From Acidimicrobiia bacterium (GTDB lineage: Bacteria > Actinomycetota > Acidimicrobiia > Spongiisociales > ZC4RG35): 64,000 nucleotides of DNA. A program made the translations under genes and the position numbers. Numbering within the stretch: position 1 is the stretch's first letter; each line of letters begins with the position of its first letter. Positions 10,769-21,740 of the stretch are shown here, piece after piece. The notes beneath the pieces were generated by a model, which was not told where the DNA came from, ran no database searches, and saw only the letters and a program-made list of their open reading frames with translations. The stretch is taken from positions 1,600,001 through 1,664,000 of the forward strand of contig OZ244034.1 in assembly GCA_965215185.1 (NCBI GenBank). Reading direction: 5' to 3'.

Positions 10769-12680
10769 ATGCCTATTGAACATGATGTGACGGAGGCGGC
10801 TGTGGTGGCTGCTGGGGTGGTGTCTGATGAGGTGGTGGAGGCGGTGGTTTCGGACGCTGCTGCTGGTGGTGTGGACCTTCTGGGTCCTGATGGGGTGTTG
10901 GCCGAGTTGACCAAGCGGATTCTGGAACGTGCTTTGGCTGAGGAGATGACCGATCATCTGGGCTATGAGTCCGGTGATCCGATGGGTCATGGTACGGGTA
11001 ACAACCGTAACGGGTCCTCTCCCAAACAGGTGCTGACTAAAGATCGGCGCGGTGGATTTGGACATTCCACGGGACCGTAACGCTACGTTCGAACCGAGGA
11101 TCGTTCCCAAGGGCGCCCGGCGCCTGGAACGCTTCAACTCCAACATCGTGGCGTTGTACGCCCGTGGCCTGTCCACTCGTGATATCCGCTTGGAACTAAA
11201 AACGCATGTACGGCGTGTGAGGTTCCCCCGGTTTGGCGGACTGTTTTGGTTGGTGTTCATGCCACCAGTTGTTGTTGGTGGCGGTAGTTTACGGGGCTTT
11301 GTTGGTTGTTGTAGGAGTGTCTCCTTTCGGGGTTGTACCAGCCTTCGATGTACTCGAAGATTGCCAGGCCCAGCTGGTGGCGGGTCTCCCATTTCTGGCG
11401 GTCCAGCAGTTCTGTTTGGAGGGTGGCGAAGAACGATTCCACGACGGCGTTGTCGTAGGCGTCACCGACGGTTCCCATGGATTTGAGGATCCCGGCGTCT
11501 CGAAGTGTCTTCCCAAAACGCCAGGATGTGTATTGGGTTGCGTTCCGTGGTCGGAATGGTGCACCAGTCCCGAGTTGGGTCTGGGGCGCCGTTTCCACCT
11601 CGCCATTTCGAACGCGTCACAGACGATCTCTGCTTTCAGGTGGTTGGCTATGGACCAGCCGATCACTTCCCGGTTCCAGGCGTCCATCACCACTGCCAGA
11701 TACACGATGCCGCCACGGGTGGGATGCTCGGTTATATCCGCCAGCCACAGCTGGTCTGCTCTGGTCGGCGAGAACCGTCGTTCTACCAGGTCAGCCGCGA
11801 CCTGACCCTTTGACGTCTTGCGCCGGTAGGTGGCCTTTCGGCGGGTGATACCTGCTAGGCGGGCGAGGCGCATCAGCCGCTCCACCCGTTTGCGTCCCAC
11901 CCGGATACCCAGACCGTGGCGTAGCTCGGCCCATACCCGCGGTGACCCCTAGGTGCCTCGCGAACGCTCATAAATCGTTCCGATGGTCTCAGTGAGCCTG
12001 GCGTTGTCGACCCAACGCTGTGAGGGGTTGGTCCGACGTTTTCACCCGGTCGTAGAACCCCGAGGTGGACACTCCCAACTGTTTGGCCATGAACCTGATC
12101 GGAAAACCCGCCTTCTCCGCCACCCGTGAACTCATAGATCATTTCGGGAGTACGTTCTCCTGGGCGAAGAAGGCCGCGGCTCGAGAGAGCAGATCACGCT
12201 CCATTCGCAACACCCGGTTCTCCCGCCGCAGACGGGTCAACTCTTTCTTTTCTTCGGTGGACACCCCAACAGACCGGCCTTCGTCGATCTCGGCCTGGGC
12301 CACCCACCTTCGCAAACCGGAAACCGAAATCCCCAGCCGGCGAGAAATCGCCGCAACCGACTCGTCACTTTCGCGGACCAGATCCACGGCCCTACGCCGG
12401 AACTCCTCCGGATAAGGAGCAGGCATACAAATACCTCCTATTCCGAGAGACCAAACAGCCTCTCATACGATCACAGAATACGTGTCCGCAAAAACGGGGG
12501 AACTCCAGTGGACGTGTCGCCGGCGTTGGTGTCCAAGGTCACCGACGGGATTGTTGAGGAGCTCACAGACTGGGTAGAACCGGCCGCTTGACGGGTGTTA
12601 TCCCCTCTTGTACATAGATGCCATGATCGTCAAGGTCCGTACCAACGGAACTGTCATCAACCGCCCAGCGTACGTGGTGT
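10769..12680 (+). pseudogene. IS256-family transposase, frameshifted and split by an IS3 element
   Basis: EMTDHLGYE, NNRNG, PRDRNATFEP, LYARGLSTRDI; resumes VDVSPALVSKVTD at 12508. Confidence 0.85.
11218..12507 (-). mobile_element. IS3-family element (orfA 12139-12426, degenerate orfB)
   Basis: TG..CA TIRs TGAGGTTCCCCCGG / CGGGGGAACTCCA; GTG duplication; WLADIT, HSDHG, DNAVVESFF. Confidence 0.9.
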
Positions 12681-12683
12681 GAC

Positions 12684-13145
12684 GCTCCTATGATGCTCCT
12701 ATTTTTGTCAAATCGTTTGTTGGGTGAGCCATTGTTGGTATTGGGTGGCGAGGTGGAGGTTGTGGTATAGGCCTCGTTCGAGTTGGGAGATGCGGTTGGG
12801 GTGGGTTTGGAGGGCGGTGGCGGCGTGGGTGAGGGTGATCTGTGTGTGGTGGCGTTGGGTGCGTAGGAGGGCGCCGTTGGGTGTTGGTGGTGGGTTGGTG
12901 AGCAGGTGGTAGATCTCTCGGGCGATGTGGCGTTTTAGGCAGCGGATGATCTCCCGGCGGGTTTTGCTCTCGGTTTGGCGGCGGTGGGTGTATTCGATGG
13001 TGGGTTGATGGCAGCGCATCCGGGTGGTGGCGATACGCCATAAGGATGCTTCTATGATCTCCAAATCGGGGATTTTGGGGTGGGGGTCTTGTTTGGCGGG
13101 TTTAGGGGGTTTGGGGTGTTGGTGGTGGGTTTTCGAGTAGTCGGT
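12684..13145 (-). mobile_element. IS110-family 3' remnant(s)
   Basis: REIIRCLKRHIAREIY plus XRE-like HTH tail; ATAGGAGCATC/ATAGAAGCATC end motifs. Confidence 0.7.
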
Positions 13146-14415
13146 TGAAGTTGTCCCGGTTTGGTGGACCATCACTCTGAGATTTGGGATTCTTATCCCG
13201 GAAGGAGTGTTTCATGTCGAAATCGAGAGCACCGTATGCGGTGGAGTACCGGGCGGAGATGGTTCGCCTGGTCAGAGCCGGTCGTAGTATCGAGGAACTG
13301 AGCCGGGAGTTCGAACCTTCCCATCAAACCATTCGCAACTGGGTCCGCCAGGCCGACATTGACGATGGCCAAAGGAATGGTTTGACCACCGCCGAACGGG
13401 AAGAGCTGGGTGGGCTGCGTCGGGAGAACCGGATTCTGCGTGAGGAAAAGGAGATCCTGGCAAAAGCAGCGGCCTGGTTCGCAGAGGAGACCGGATCGAC
13501 CCCGCGGAGGCGTTTGGGTTCGTGAAAGCAAACCAGGCTGTCTATTCGGTGCGGCGCATGTGCCAGTTGTTGGGTGTCACTCTCCCAGCGGCTACTACGC
13601 GTCGCTTTCCCGTCCCACCTCTGATCGGGTGAAGACCGACCGGACGCTGAGAGACCGGATAGTGGAGATCCATCACCGGTCACGGGGCACCTATGGCGCG
13701 CCTCGGGTACACGCCGAACTCGCCGCTGAGGATGTGCGGGTGGGTCGCAAAAGAGTGGCCCGTCTCATGCGTAAGGCCAATATCGAGAGTGTTCACCGCC
13801 GCCGGCGGATATCCACTACTCGCCGCGACCCGGCCAAACGGGCGGCGCCGGACCTAGCGAAGCGCCGGTTCCGCACCCAGGGACCTGACCGAATCTGGGC
13901 CGCCGACATCACCTATGTTCCCACCCAGGCCGGGTTCTTGTATCTGGCAGTGGTGATAGATCTATGGTCACGGAAAGTGGTGGGATGGTCCATGCGATCA
14001 GACCTCACCACCCCTTTGGTCACCGACGCGTTGGACATGGCTATCTCACAACGCAAAACCCAACGGAGTGCTTCTCCACTCGGACAGGGGCAGCCAATAT
14101 AGCTCAACCGCGTTCGGGAACCGATGCCAAGAAACCGGAATCGTACCCTCCATGGGACGCCGAGGAGACGCGTATGACAATGCCGTCGCCGAGTCGTTCT
14201 TCGCCACCCTCGAAACAGAACTCCTCGACCGCAACACCTACCACACCCGCACACAAGCACGCACCGCCGTCTTCGACTTCATAGAAGGCTTCTACAACCC
14301 CACCCGACGGCACTCCACCCTCGGGTACCAATCACCCACCAACTACGAAAGGAACCCCCCAAACACCCACTGAACCCTCAAACCGAAAACCGTCCACAAA
14401 AACGGGGCAACTCCA
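13146..14415 (+). mobile_element. IS3-family element (frameshifted orfB)
   Basis: TIRs TGAAGTTGTCCCGG / CGGGGCAACTCCA; WAADITY, HSDRGSQY, DNAVAESFF. Confidence 0.9.
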
Positions 14416-14549
14416 AACAATGAAGCTACGGTCCTCCAGAGAAGGTAGATTCAAACTGGCTGATGCCGCTTGGTGCCGGTCACCTGTGAGTCTCGACTGG
14501 GCGTGGTTAGAGGCTTCGTGATGGGCGCGCCCGCCGATCTCCGACAAAG

Positions 14550-15230
14550 CTAACGCGGTACCGCCAGAGCGACCACGAGTGCGGCCACCGTCAGTAGACC
14601 GGGCACCAACACGAGCCTCGCTGGACGGAGTTCTGTGCGCCTCTTGTGTATACGCTCTATCACCCGGTCGGTGCGCTTGTCGGAGCGGAGCGCTGGCAGG
14701 CCGGCCAGCACCCCGAGAGTGACTCCTAGACCGTAGAGGAGTCCGTGGATTGGGTCGCCGTGTCCTGTCGCCACCAGGATCACGCCCAGCGCCGGTAGGG
14801 GTGTGGTCCTGACAGTCGACATGGGTAGGCCGGTGTCGAGGCCCCAGGCGAGTACGCCCAGTGGGCCCTTTAGGCGCCAGTCGTATGGGGTTTGCCGTAG
14901 TGGACCGAGGGAGGTAGACCGACCGGCCCAGAGACGTACAGAGTCGACTCCTAACAGCACCGTCGCTAACACCAGGGCAGCCAAGGTGGAGGAGTGTTCG
15001 CCAACCGTTCGCCTGACCCACACTCCGCCCGCGTGTACCGCCAGAAGGGAGAGCATTGATGAGGACAGCACGCCGAACGCATACACTCCGCTGTCGGTGA
15101 CTCTTCTAATGCCGCGGTTCGCCACGAAGGTCGGGCCGAACTGGCCCACGAAGGATATGCCTCATGGGCTGTAGCGCTGGAACCACCCACCTGCGCCTAA
15201 TACCGCCGCCGACAGCACCGACTCCAGCAA
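14550..15230 (-). CDS. MauF/CcdA(DsbD-beta)-like membrane protein, putative selenoprotein (in-frame TGA at 15162-15164)
   Basis: Frame extends upstream of the listed ORF: MLESVLSAAVLGAGGWFQRYSP*GISFVGQF; SP*G matches the SPCG-type motif; RQTP..W and GLDTG motifs; in cluster with MauE/MauD-like genes. Confidence 0.65.
15131..15161 (-). promoter_or_regulatory. Candidate bacterial SECIS hairpin
   Basis: GGGCC-AGTTC-GGCCC stem-loop; loop starts 20 nt after the UGA, with G at loop position 2 followed by U. Confidence 0.55.
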
Positions 15231-15337
15231 TCCTCAGCCCAACTTCGCCGCTCGAAGCCCGATGGTCGTCGAGGATGGCTTGCTCCACTCCAACGGCTCT
15301 CGGCCTGATACTGCCCGGTCTCCTGTCTCATTAAGCG

Positions 15338-18300
15338 TCACGTGGATGGCCTGAATTCCTTCACTATCGGCGGGCCGACGCCCTGCGCGTTGACGGCGCT
15401 GACCCGAACGAAGTGTTGAGTCCGGTAACAAAGTCGGATAGTGAAGACGCAGGAGATGTCCATTTCGAGGTCGAGGCCGGTGGTGAACTCGGGCTTGCTG
15501 TAGTCGCTTTCGTAGCCGCGACGCACACTGAGCCAATATCGGATGATTGGCGACGCTCCTTGGTCGGTGGGTGCCGACCATTCGAACTCTAAACTAGTAA
15601 GGTTGAAAACCGCATGGGCGAAGGGGATGCTAAGGTTGGCGGGCGGACCTGGAGCGTCGCCCGGTTCGCCGGTGGTTTCGGCGATTTCGCTGGAACCGTT
15701 GGCGTTGAGGGCGATTACTCGCACGGTGTATTTGGCGCCGTTGGTGAGCCCGGTGATTTCGTGGCTTCTGGATGTAGCGGTGGCCGTCGCTTGGCGGTCG
15801 GTTTCGCTGTATTCTTGGCCTGTGCCTTTCCACTGGATGCGGTATTCGGTTATTGGGGAGCCGCCGTTCCAGGGTGTGTCCCAGGCGAGGTGCAGGCCGC
15901 CGTCTATGGAAAAGACTCCGAAACCTAGGGGACGGCCAGGAATCGCAGCGGGTGTGCCTGATGTGTCAGCGGGGCTGCCCGACCCCCTGGCGTTGACAGC
16001 GATGATCCGCAGGTCGTAGGAGTCACCGTTGCGGAGAGGGCCGATGTACGCGAGCAGTTTTCCGCTCGCGGAAACTGTCACCCGCCGATGCGAGCACGCA
16101 GAGTCGTCGTAGTCTTCGCCCGCGCCTTTCCACAGCACCCGGTACTCCGATATTGGTGTGGAGCCTTCGTTGCTGGGCGACTGCCACCTGACCGCTAGAT
16201 TTTGGTTGCGGGCTGTGACGACCGGCGAGATCGGAGCGCCCGGACTCTCGGCTAGGAGCAGCGACCCGGTCACTGCAGGGCCGGTGCCGGTTGCGTTGAT
16301 CGCTGCGACGCTTACCGTGTACTCGTTGCCGATGGTAAGTCCGGTAATTTGGTGGCGCGGGTTGGTGACGGTGGCTCGGCGTTGGGTGTCGCTGAATTCT
16401 TCGCCGGTGTCTTTCCATTGCACTAGGTATCCGATCACGGGCGAGCCGTCGTCGGCGGGTTCGCCCCATGACACCAGCAGGTTTCCCATAGTGGAACGAA
16501 GGGTGAGGCTTGTGGGCGGTCCAGGAACTGTAAGGGGCACTCCCGTTTCTGAGGCCGGCGGTCCCGTGCCGGTGAGGTTCACGGCCCTTACTTGGACTGT
16601 GTAGGTGCTGCCGTTGTCCAGACTAGGGATCTGGTGGCGCGGGTTGGTGACGGTGGCTCGGCGTTGGGTGTCGCTGAATTCTTCGCCGGTGTCTTTCCAT
16701 TGCACTAGGTATCCGGTCACGGGCGAGCCGCCGTCGTCGGCGGGTGGCTGCCAGGTTACGGTGAGTTGCTGGTTGCCCGGTTCGATCATCATTTCGCGGG
16801 GAGCGCCCGGACTCTCGGCTAGGAGCAGCGACCCGGTCACTGCAGGGCCGGTGCCGGTTGCGTTGATCGCTGCGACGCTTACCGTGTACTCGTTGCCGAT
16901 GGTAAGTCCGGTAATTTGGTGGCGCGGGTTGGTGACGGTGGCTCGGCGTTGGGTGTCGCTGAATTCTTCGCCGGTGTCTTTCCATTGCACTAGGTATCCG
17001 ATCACGGGCGAGCCGTCGGCGGCGGGTTCGCCCCATGACACCAGCAGGTTTCCCATAGTGGAACGAAGGGTGAGGCTTGTGGGCGGTCCAGGAACTGTAA
17101 GGGGCACTCCCGTTTCTGAGGCCGGCGGTCCCGTGCCGGTGAGGTTCACGGCCCTTACTTGGACTGTGTAGGTGCTGCCGTTGTCCAGACTAGGGATCTG
17201 GTGGCGCGGGTTGGTGACGGTGGCTCGGCGTTGGGTGTCGCTGAATTCTTCGCTGGTGTCTTTCCATTGCACTAGGTATCCGATCACGGGCGAGCCGCCG
17301 TCGTCGGCGGGTGGCTGCCAGGTTACGGTGAGTTGCTGGTTGCCCGGTTCGATCATCATTTCGCGGGGAACGCCCGGTGCCGCCGCGGGTGTGGCTGATG
17401 CGGGTGGAGTTGACCATGGCCCCTCGCCCACATCGTTGATTGCCCTAACACGTACATAGTATTCCGTGCCGTTGTCAAGACTCCCGATCCGACGGTTGAG
17501 AACCTCACCGGCGACTGTCACGCTCGGGTCTGATTCCGAAAGCTGGTTATCGCCGGAACGCCATTGGAGCCGGTAGTCGGTTATTGGCCGTCTCCCGTCG
17601 TCGCCTGGTGCTTTCCACGACACTTGCAGGGCCCTGTCATGTACCAGCAGTTTGAGGTCGGTAGGAGCGCCGGGTTCGGTCGGTGTCCTAACCCGTGTCC
17701 TATTGCCACCACCACCCGAGCCACCACCACCCGAGCCACCACCACCCGAGCCACCACCACCCGAGCCACCACCACCCAGCCACCACCACCCGAGCCACCA
17801 CCACCCGAGCCACCACCCGCTCCCGCTCCGGTGCTTTGGTCGGCGCTGTTGTCCTCGGTCGGACATACCCCTCCGAAAGAGACGAAAGCTCGTTGCAGGA
17901 AGCTAGCCATCTGCGCACGCGTCACCGGTTCCTCGGGACAGAACCTCGCCGGGTTCACCGCACAACCCCGGGTGAGGCCCGTTTCAGCCAACGCCTGAAT
18001 GGCGTCGGTATGCACACTCTGGCCCACATCAACAAAAAACAAGGCCGACCCCGAAGCGACCAACCTGAACGCTCGTTGCAGGAAGCTAGCCATCTGCGCA
18101 CGCGTCACCGGTTCCTCGGGACAATACCTCGCCGGGTTCACCGCACAACCCCGGGTGATCCCCAAGTCTGCTATGCGCTCCACATACGGCAACCACCAAA
18201 CCCCATCCTCCACATCAACGAATCGCGACTGCGTTACCCCCAACTGGCCGTCGCCGGGCACGCCATCCCGAGGTTCGATGCTGTCGAGCACGCGCACCGT

Positions 18301-18516
18301 CCAAACGGCCATAGTCCAGCGCAGCACCGGTTCACTCGGACAGAAAAGGCCCTCGCCGCACTCGGTGCCGTCAAACACCCCCAACCGCGCCAGCTTCATC
18401 ACCGCCTCCGAATGCACCCCAGCATCGTCCTCAAAGTCCGCCTGAACAGTCTCAGGACCAATCGCCACTGCCGTAGCTAGCAGGGCCAACACGACCACAA
18501 CCCTCAAGGTCGCCAC
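15338..18516 (-). CDS. SLH-domain + multiple fibronectin type III surface protein, frameshifted in a GGGGS linker
   Basis: Signal peptide, TRAQMASFL SLH repeats, Fn3 repeats; 1-nt deletion near 17777. Confidence 0.85.
16234..17367. repeat. Near-identical 567-bp tandem duplication (2 Fn3 domains per unit)
   Basis: GAGCGCCCGGACTCTCGGCTAGG at 16234 and 16801. Confidence 0.9.
17705..17818. repeat. 15-bp tandem repeat encoding (GGGGS)n
   Basis: (GAGCCACCACCACCC) about 7 units, one lacking a G. Confidence 0.9.
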
Positions 18517-18637
18517 CCCATCCCGTACCCGAGGCCGAGTTGGGCGCTAGCCGCATCGCCTTGGAGGTCCGAGTGTTCCATCCGAAGTCTGGAAAGCCAC
18601 CGGTTCAGACGGCGACCGCACCGGGATGCCGTAGCTA

Positions 18638-18949
18638 TCAGGAGCAGCATCCGACCTGGTAGGAACACATCGTTATATTGGAAAAGCAGTCATCCCCTGT
18701 AGAGCACTCGCAGCACATGCAACGGCCGTTATTGCAGGCCCAGCACCTGATGTTCTGGTTCTGCTCGGCACATAGAAGCGGGCACCAAGGATTGTTTTCG
18801 GACTGCAGGAGGCAGCAACTGGAGCTCTGGGCCAACGCAGGCGAAGCTCCCAACAACGCCTGAGTTCCCGTCGCCACAACGGCCAGAGCCGCTCCAGTCA
18901 CCGTACGCAAGAACCACCTGCGGCTTCGCGGCGCCATCCCAATCGTCAT
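18638..18949 (-). CDS. Tat-exported cysteine-rich peptide (14 Cys in about 63-aa mature part)
   Basis: SRRWFLR twin-arginine signal, ALA cleavage site, CC..C..C..CWAC..CMCCEC..C..C..CC. Confidence 0.8.
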   Translation of the reverse strand: MTIGMAPRSRRWFLRTVTGAALAVVATGTQALLGASPALAQSSSCCLLQSENNPWCPLLCAEQNQNIRCWACNNGRCMCCECSTGDDCFSNITMCSYQVGCCS

Positions 18950-19341
18950 GCCTGCTGAGACCTCGCTGCAGGTTCCGGCCCGTGAGGCAGCGGACGGGTG
19001 TCAATACGCATCTGTGTCAGGAAGCGAAACTCTCCACTCCACCGGTTCCTTGTCCACCACTCGACGCGGCGCTGCAGCCGGATGGTGTGAACCACCGACG
19101 GGACCGTTCGCCACTCACCATTCACCAACTCGATCCCAGTCTCGTCTCCTGGCTGGAACTGGAATCCCTCCGGGTAGCCCTGGTATCTGGCCCGGACGGT
19201 CCCGCCAGTGCGGTCGCTCTCCACCCACACGGCACCCGCGCCGGCATCGGACTTGTAGGTACCCAACTCAACTCCATCCTCCGGAGGTTCATAAACGTGG
19301 GCGGGGTCGGAATCGGGTGTTTGGGGAAGGTGGTCGCTCAT
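18946..19341 (-). CDS. Hypothetical protein in the mau-like operon
   Basis: ATGA overlap with the peptide gene; GAGGAG RBS. Confidence 0.65.
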   Translation of the reverse strand: MSDHLPQTPDSDPAHVYEPPEDGVELGTYKSDAGAGAVWVESDRTGGTVRARYQGYPEGFQFQPGDETGIELVNGEWRTVPSVVHTIRLQRRVEWWTRNRWSGEFRFLTQMRIDTRPLPHGPEPAARSQQA

Positions 19342-19355
19342 CCGGTTTCATCTCC

Positions 19356-19991
19356 TCACTGCTCTAGGTCCACCCCGGATGACCCCAGACGTTGTCCCTG
19401 GGCTATAGGGGTTGTCGGGTCCGCGGTCGCATCCATTTTCGGCTTACGGAAGGGCCCTGGTGCCATCTCAAAGGCCGCAAGGCGCCCGGTCAGTAGATCA
19501 TTAAGCGCACGCCGACCCCCGATACCAGCACCGAATGCGATCCGGCCCCCTAAGACACCCACCGCGGACGGGCTTGACGAAACGCCCAGTCCCTTGACGA
19601 TCGACATGTCATCGTCGAACACCAACTCTTCCAGGGGGAGCCCCTGAGCTACCGCCCACTTACGCATCCGCACCGGGTCGGCAGCGGTCACCACGATAGA
19701 TACACCGTCCGGTATCAAGCCATCGAAGGAACGAACCAGCCGCTCGCAGGCACTGCAGACGGGGGAGATCACCAACACCACATGCACCGAAACCCCGTCG
19801 ATGTGCTCAGGCAACCCATTAGAACTGGCCAGAGAGCCGACCGCATCGGGCGCCAGGTCGAACTCCTCGAACAAATCCTCGGCCGGGTTCCTCGACCCCG
19901 CCCGCTCAGCCAACAACTCCATCACCGCCAACGCGACCAGCCCACACAGAACTAGTGCCACGACGGCAATTACCAACGCAGCGACTACCAC
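19356..19991 (-). CDS. MauD-like membrane-anchored thioredoxin-fold protein
   Basis: N-terminal TM, SPVCSAC (CxxC), LGVSSSP; GTG start overlaps the mauE-like stop. Confidence 0.7.
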   Translation of the reverse strand: MVVAALVIAVVALVLCGLVALAVMELLAERAGSRNPAEDLFEEFDLAPDAVGSLASSNGLPEHIDGVSVHVVLVISPVCSACERLVRSFDGLIPDGVSIVVTAADPVRMRKWAVAQGLPLEELVFDDDMSIVKGLGVSSSPSAVGVLGGRIAFGAGIGGRRALNDLLTGRLAAFEMAPGPFRKPKMDATADPTTPIAQGQRLGSSGVDLEQ

Positions 19992-20578
19992 ACAGACGCC
20001 TCTGGATCCGAAGCCCGAGCCGCGAACGGGTGGGCGAAAACAGTGCGTCGGTGAAAAGCGATCGTGTGCACCCTTCGCCAGAGCCGCGTAACCACCAACG
20101 TAGTGGACAGCACGGCGCAACATGCGAGCATGAACAACCCCACCTCCGGCCGGGTCCCCTCGCCGAACAACGATTGGTCTTGTGCCACACCCCACGCAGC
20201 TGCCACCCACAACGGCAACTGGAGAATCTGCGGCCACCCAAGAGCTCGGTCCGACCGACCGAAACAGGCGCAAGACACCTTGCTGGTGCTGGCAATCCCG
20301 ACAACGCCCACGACAGCCAGACCAACCGCGAACAACAACAAAGCAAGGGCCGCCGCCGCGGACCGCTCAATCACGATCACCCAAGCCAGAACGACCTCGA
20401 ACACACCAAGTAGCCGCCCGCTGAACTGCCACCCAGACCCGCGAGGCCGCCAGCCAATGGCCTGCCACAGCTCGGCCAACGTCTCCGCAACCGGCGCGGG
20501 CTGAACTATCTTGGCCGAACCCGCCACCAATAAAACCGTCGCCGCTCCCATCACCATCAGATCGGCCGCACCTGTCAT
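19985..20578 (-). CDS. mauE: MauE/DoxX family membrane protein
   Basis: AGSAKI, E-containing TM helix, CACFG motif; GGAGGAGG RBS. Confidence 0.8.
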   Translation of the reverse strand: MTGAADLMVMGAATVLLVAGSAKIVQPAPVAETLAELWQAIGWRPRGSGWQFSGRLLGVFEVVLAWVIVIERSAAAALALLLFAVGLAVVGVVGIASTSKVSCACFGRSDRALGWPQILQLPLWVAAAWGVAQDQSLFGEGTRPEVGLFMLACCAVLSTTLVVTRLWRRVHTIAFHRRTVFAHPFAARASDPEASVW

Positions 20579-21740
20579 CAGCGCCTCCTCCCGCAATGCC
20601 CCTCAGGTTCGAACACAACGGCAATACGTGCCGGAGCGGTAGCCGTTTTCACCACCACCAACCCAACTTCCCCAGCACCGAGGTGGCCCGGCTACAATCC
20701 ACGGCAGTCTGCAACAACCCCACAGCCACCACGGAGAATCAACCCCTAACGTTGTGCGTTTGTCCCGCTGCCAACCGGCGGTTGTGCGTTGATTCGAACA
20801 GTCCTTCACTCCCTTTGCAGTGCTTTGACAGTGTAAGGACCTTTTCTGGCACAATAGATGTGTAGAAACGTGTCGCCTGTAAGGTTATGCGTGTCATGAG
20901 TGTGGTTAGGCAGAAAATCAGCACCATCAACCAAAAAACCCACCAAACAACCTGACCGATCCTCCACGATCTGCCGAGAACCTCCCCCACCCAACAGCAG
21001 AAAGAAGGCCAGACCCCAACTGCCATGGAGAACCAACAAAGAGCGCGACTAGCAATCGAGCAGGACACGGTCGAAAACCCAAGAGCCGTGTTGCTTGAGT
21101 CAGGCCCAGTGATTTCCGGTAGGTGGCCATAATCCCCGCAGAGAAAGAGCCATTGCGCGTTGATTTGAACGAGGGTGGTTGTGGGCAACGCGGGCGGGGG
21201 TCGGATTGGATGCGTAACGGCGAATGCGCTAGGCGCTATCGGCCGAGGCGGGCTGGCTAGCTCGGTCGGGTTACCGTAGCGCATAGGTAGGCACCGGCCT
21301 CTGATGTCCTTGTTGCCAACTCAAGGTATCTCTTTGAATTCGGGAATGTTCGGATCGAGACCGTGGGCCCGCAAGGATGAAATCTCGAAGAGTTGTCGTT
21401 GCAAGATATGGAAACGAGACCGTCGCTGGTTTCGATTAGTAGTGAGGAGGCGGTTTCCCAGGCCGTTACCGGCTTGCCCTCGTAACGGACTAGATCATGA
21501 ACTTTCTTCGCGATTCGGCGACCGCCAACGTTTCGATGCAAACGTGCAGCCACGATCCGACCCCCTAGAAGGGCGATCAGACGCTGCCGAGAGAACAGGA
21601 CGTAGTCGGGACTTTCCTTGAGGAAGGGTGAGCCCGAACCGTCGTTCGATGCGCTCACCTCAGTTGGCTCGACGTCGACAAGAACCTTGTTCGGAGCGCC
21701 GCTGACCGAAGAATTGGTGTCTTCCCGTTGGCCTTCTAGG

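Noticed and set aside
8751-10769. Long alternative-frame ORFs over the kinase (329 aa, 518 aa)
   Set aside because: Shadow ORFs of a GC-rich gene with no domain signal.
18635-18640. Selenocysteine read-through at the peptide's TGA
   Set aside because: TGA is immediately followed by TAG, so it is a true stop.
18638-20578. Bona fide methylamine dehydrogenase (mau) operon
   Set aside because: No heavy chain or MauG in the window; the peptide is much shorter than MauA and has a different Cys pattern.
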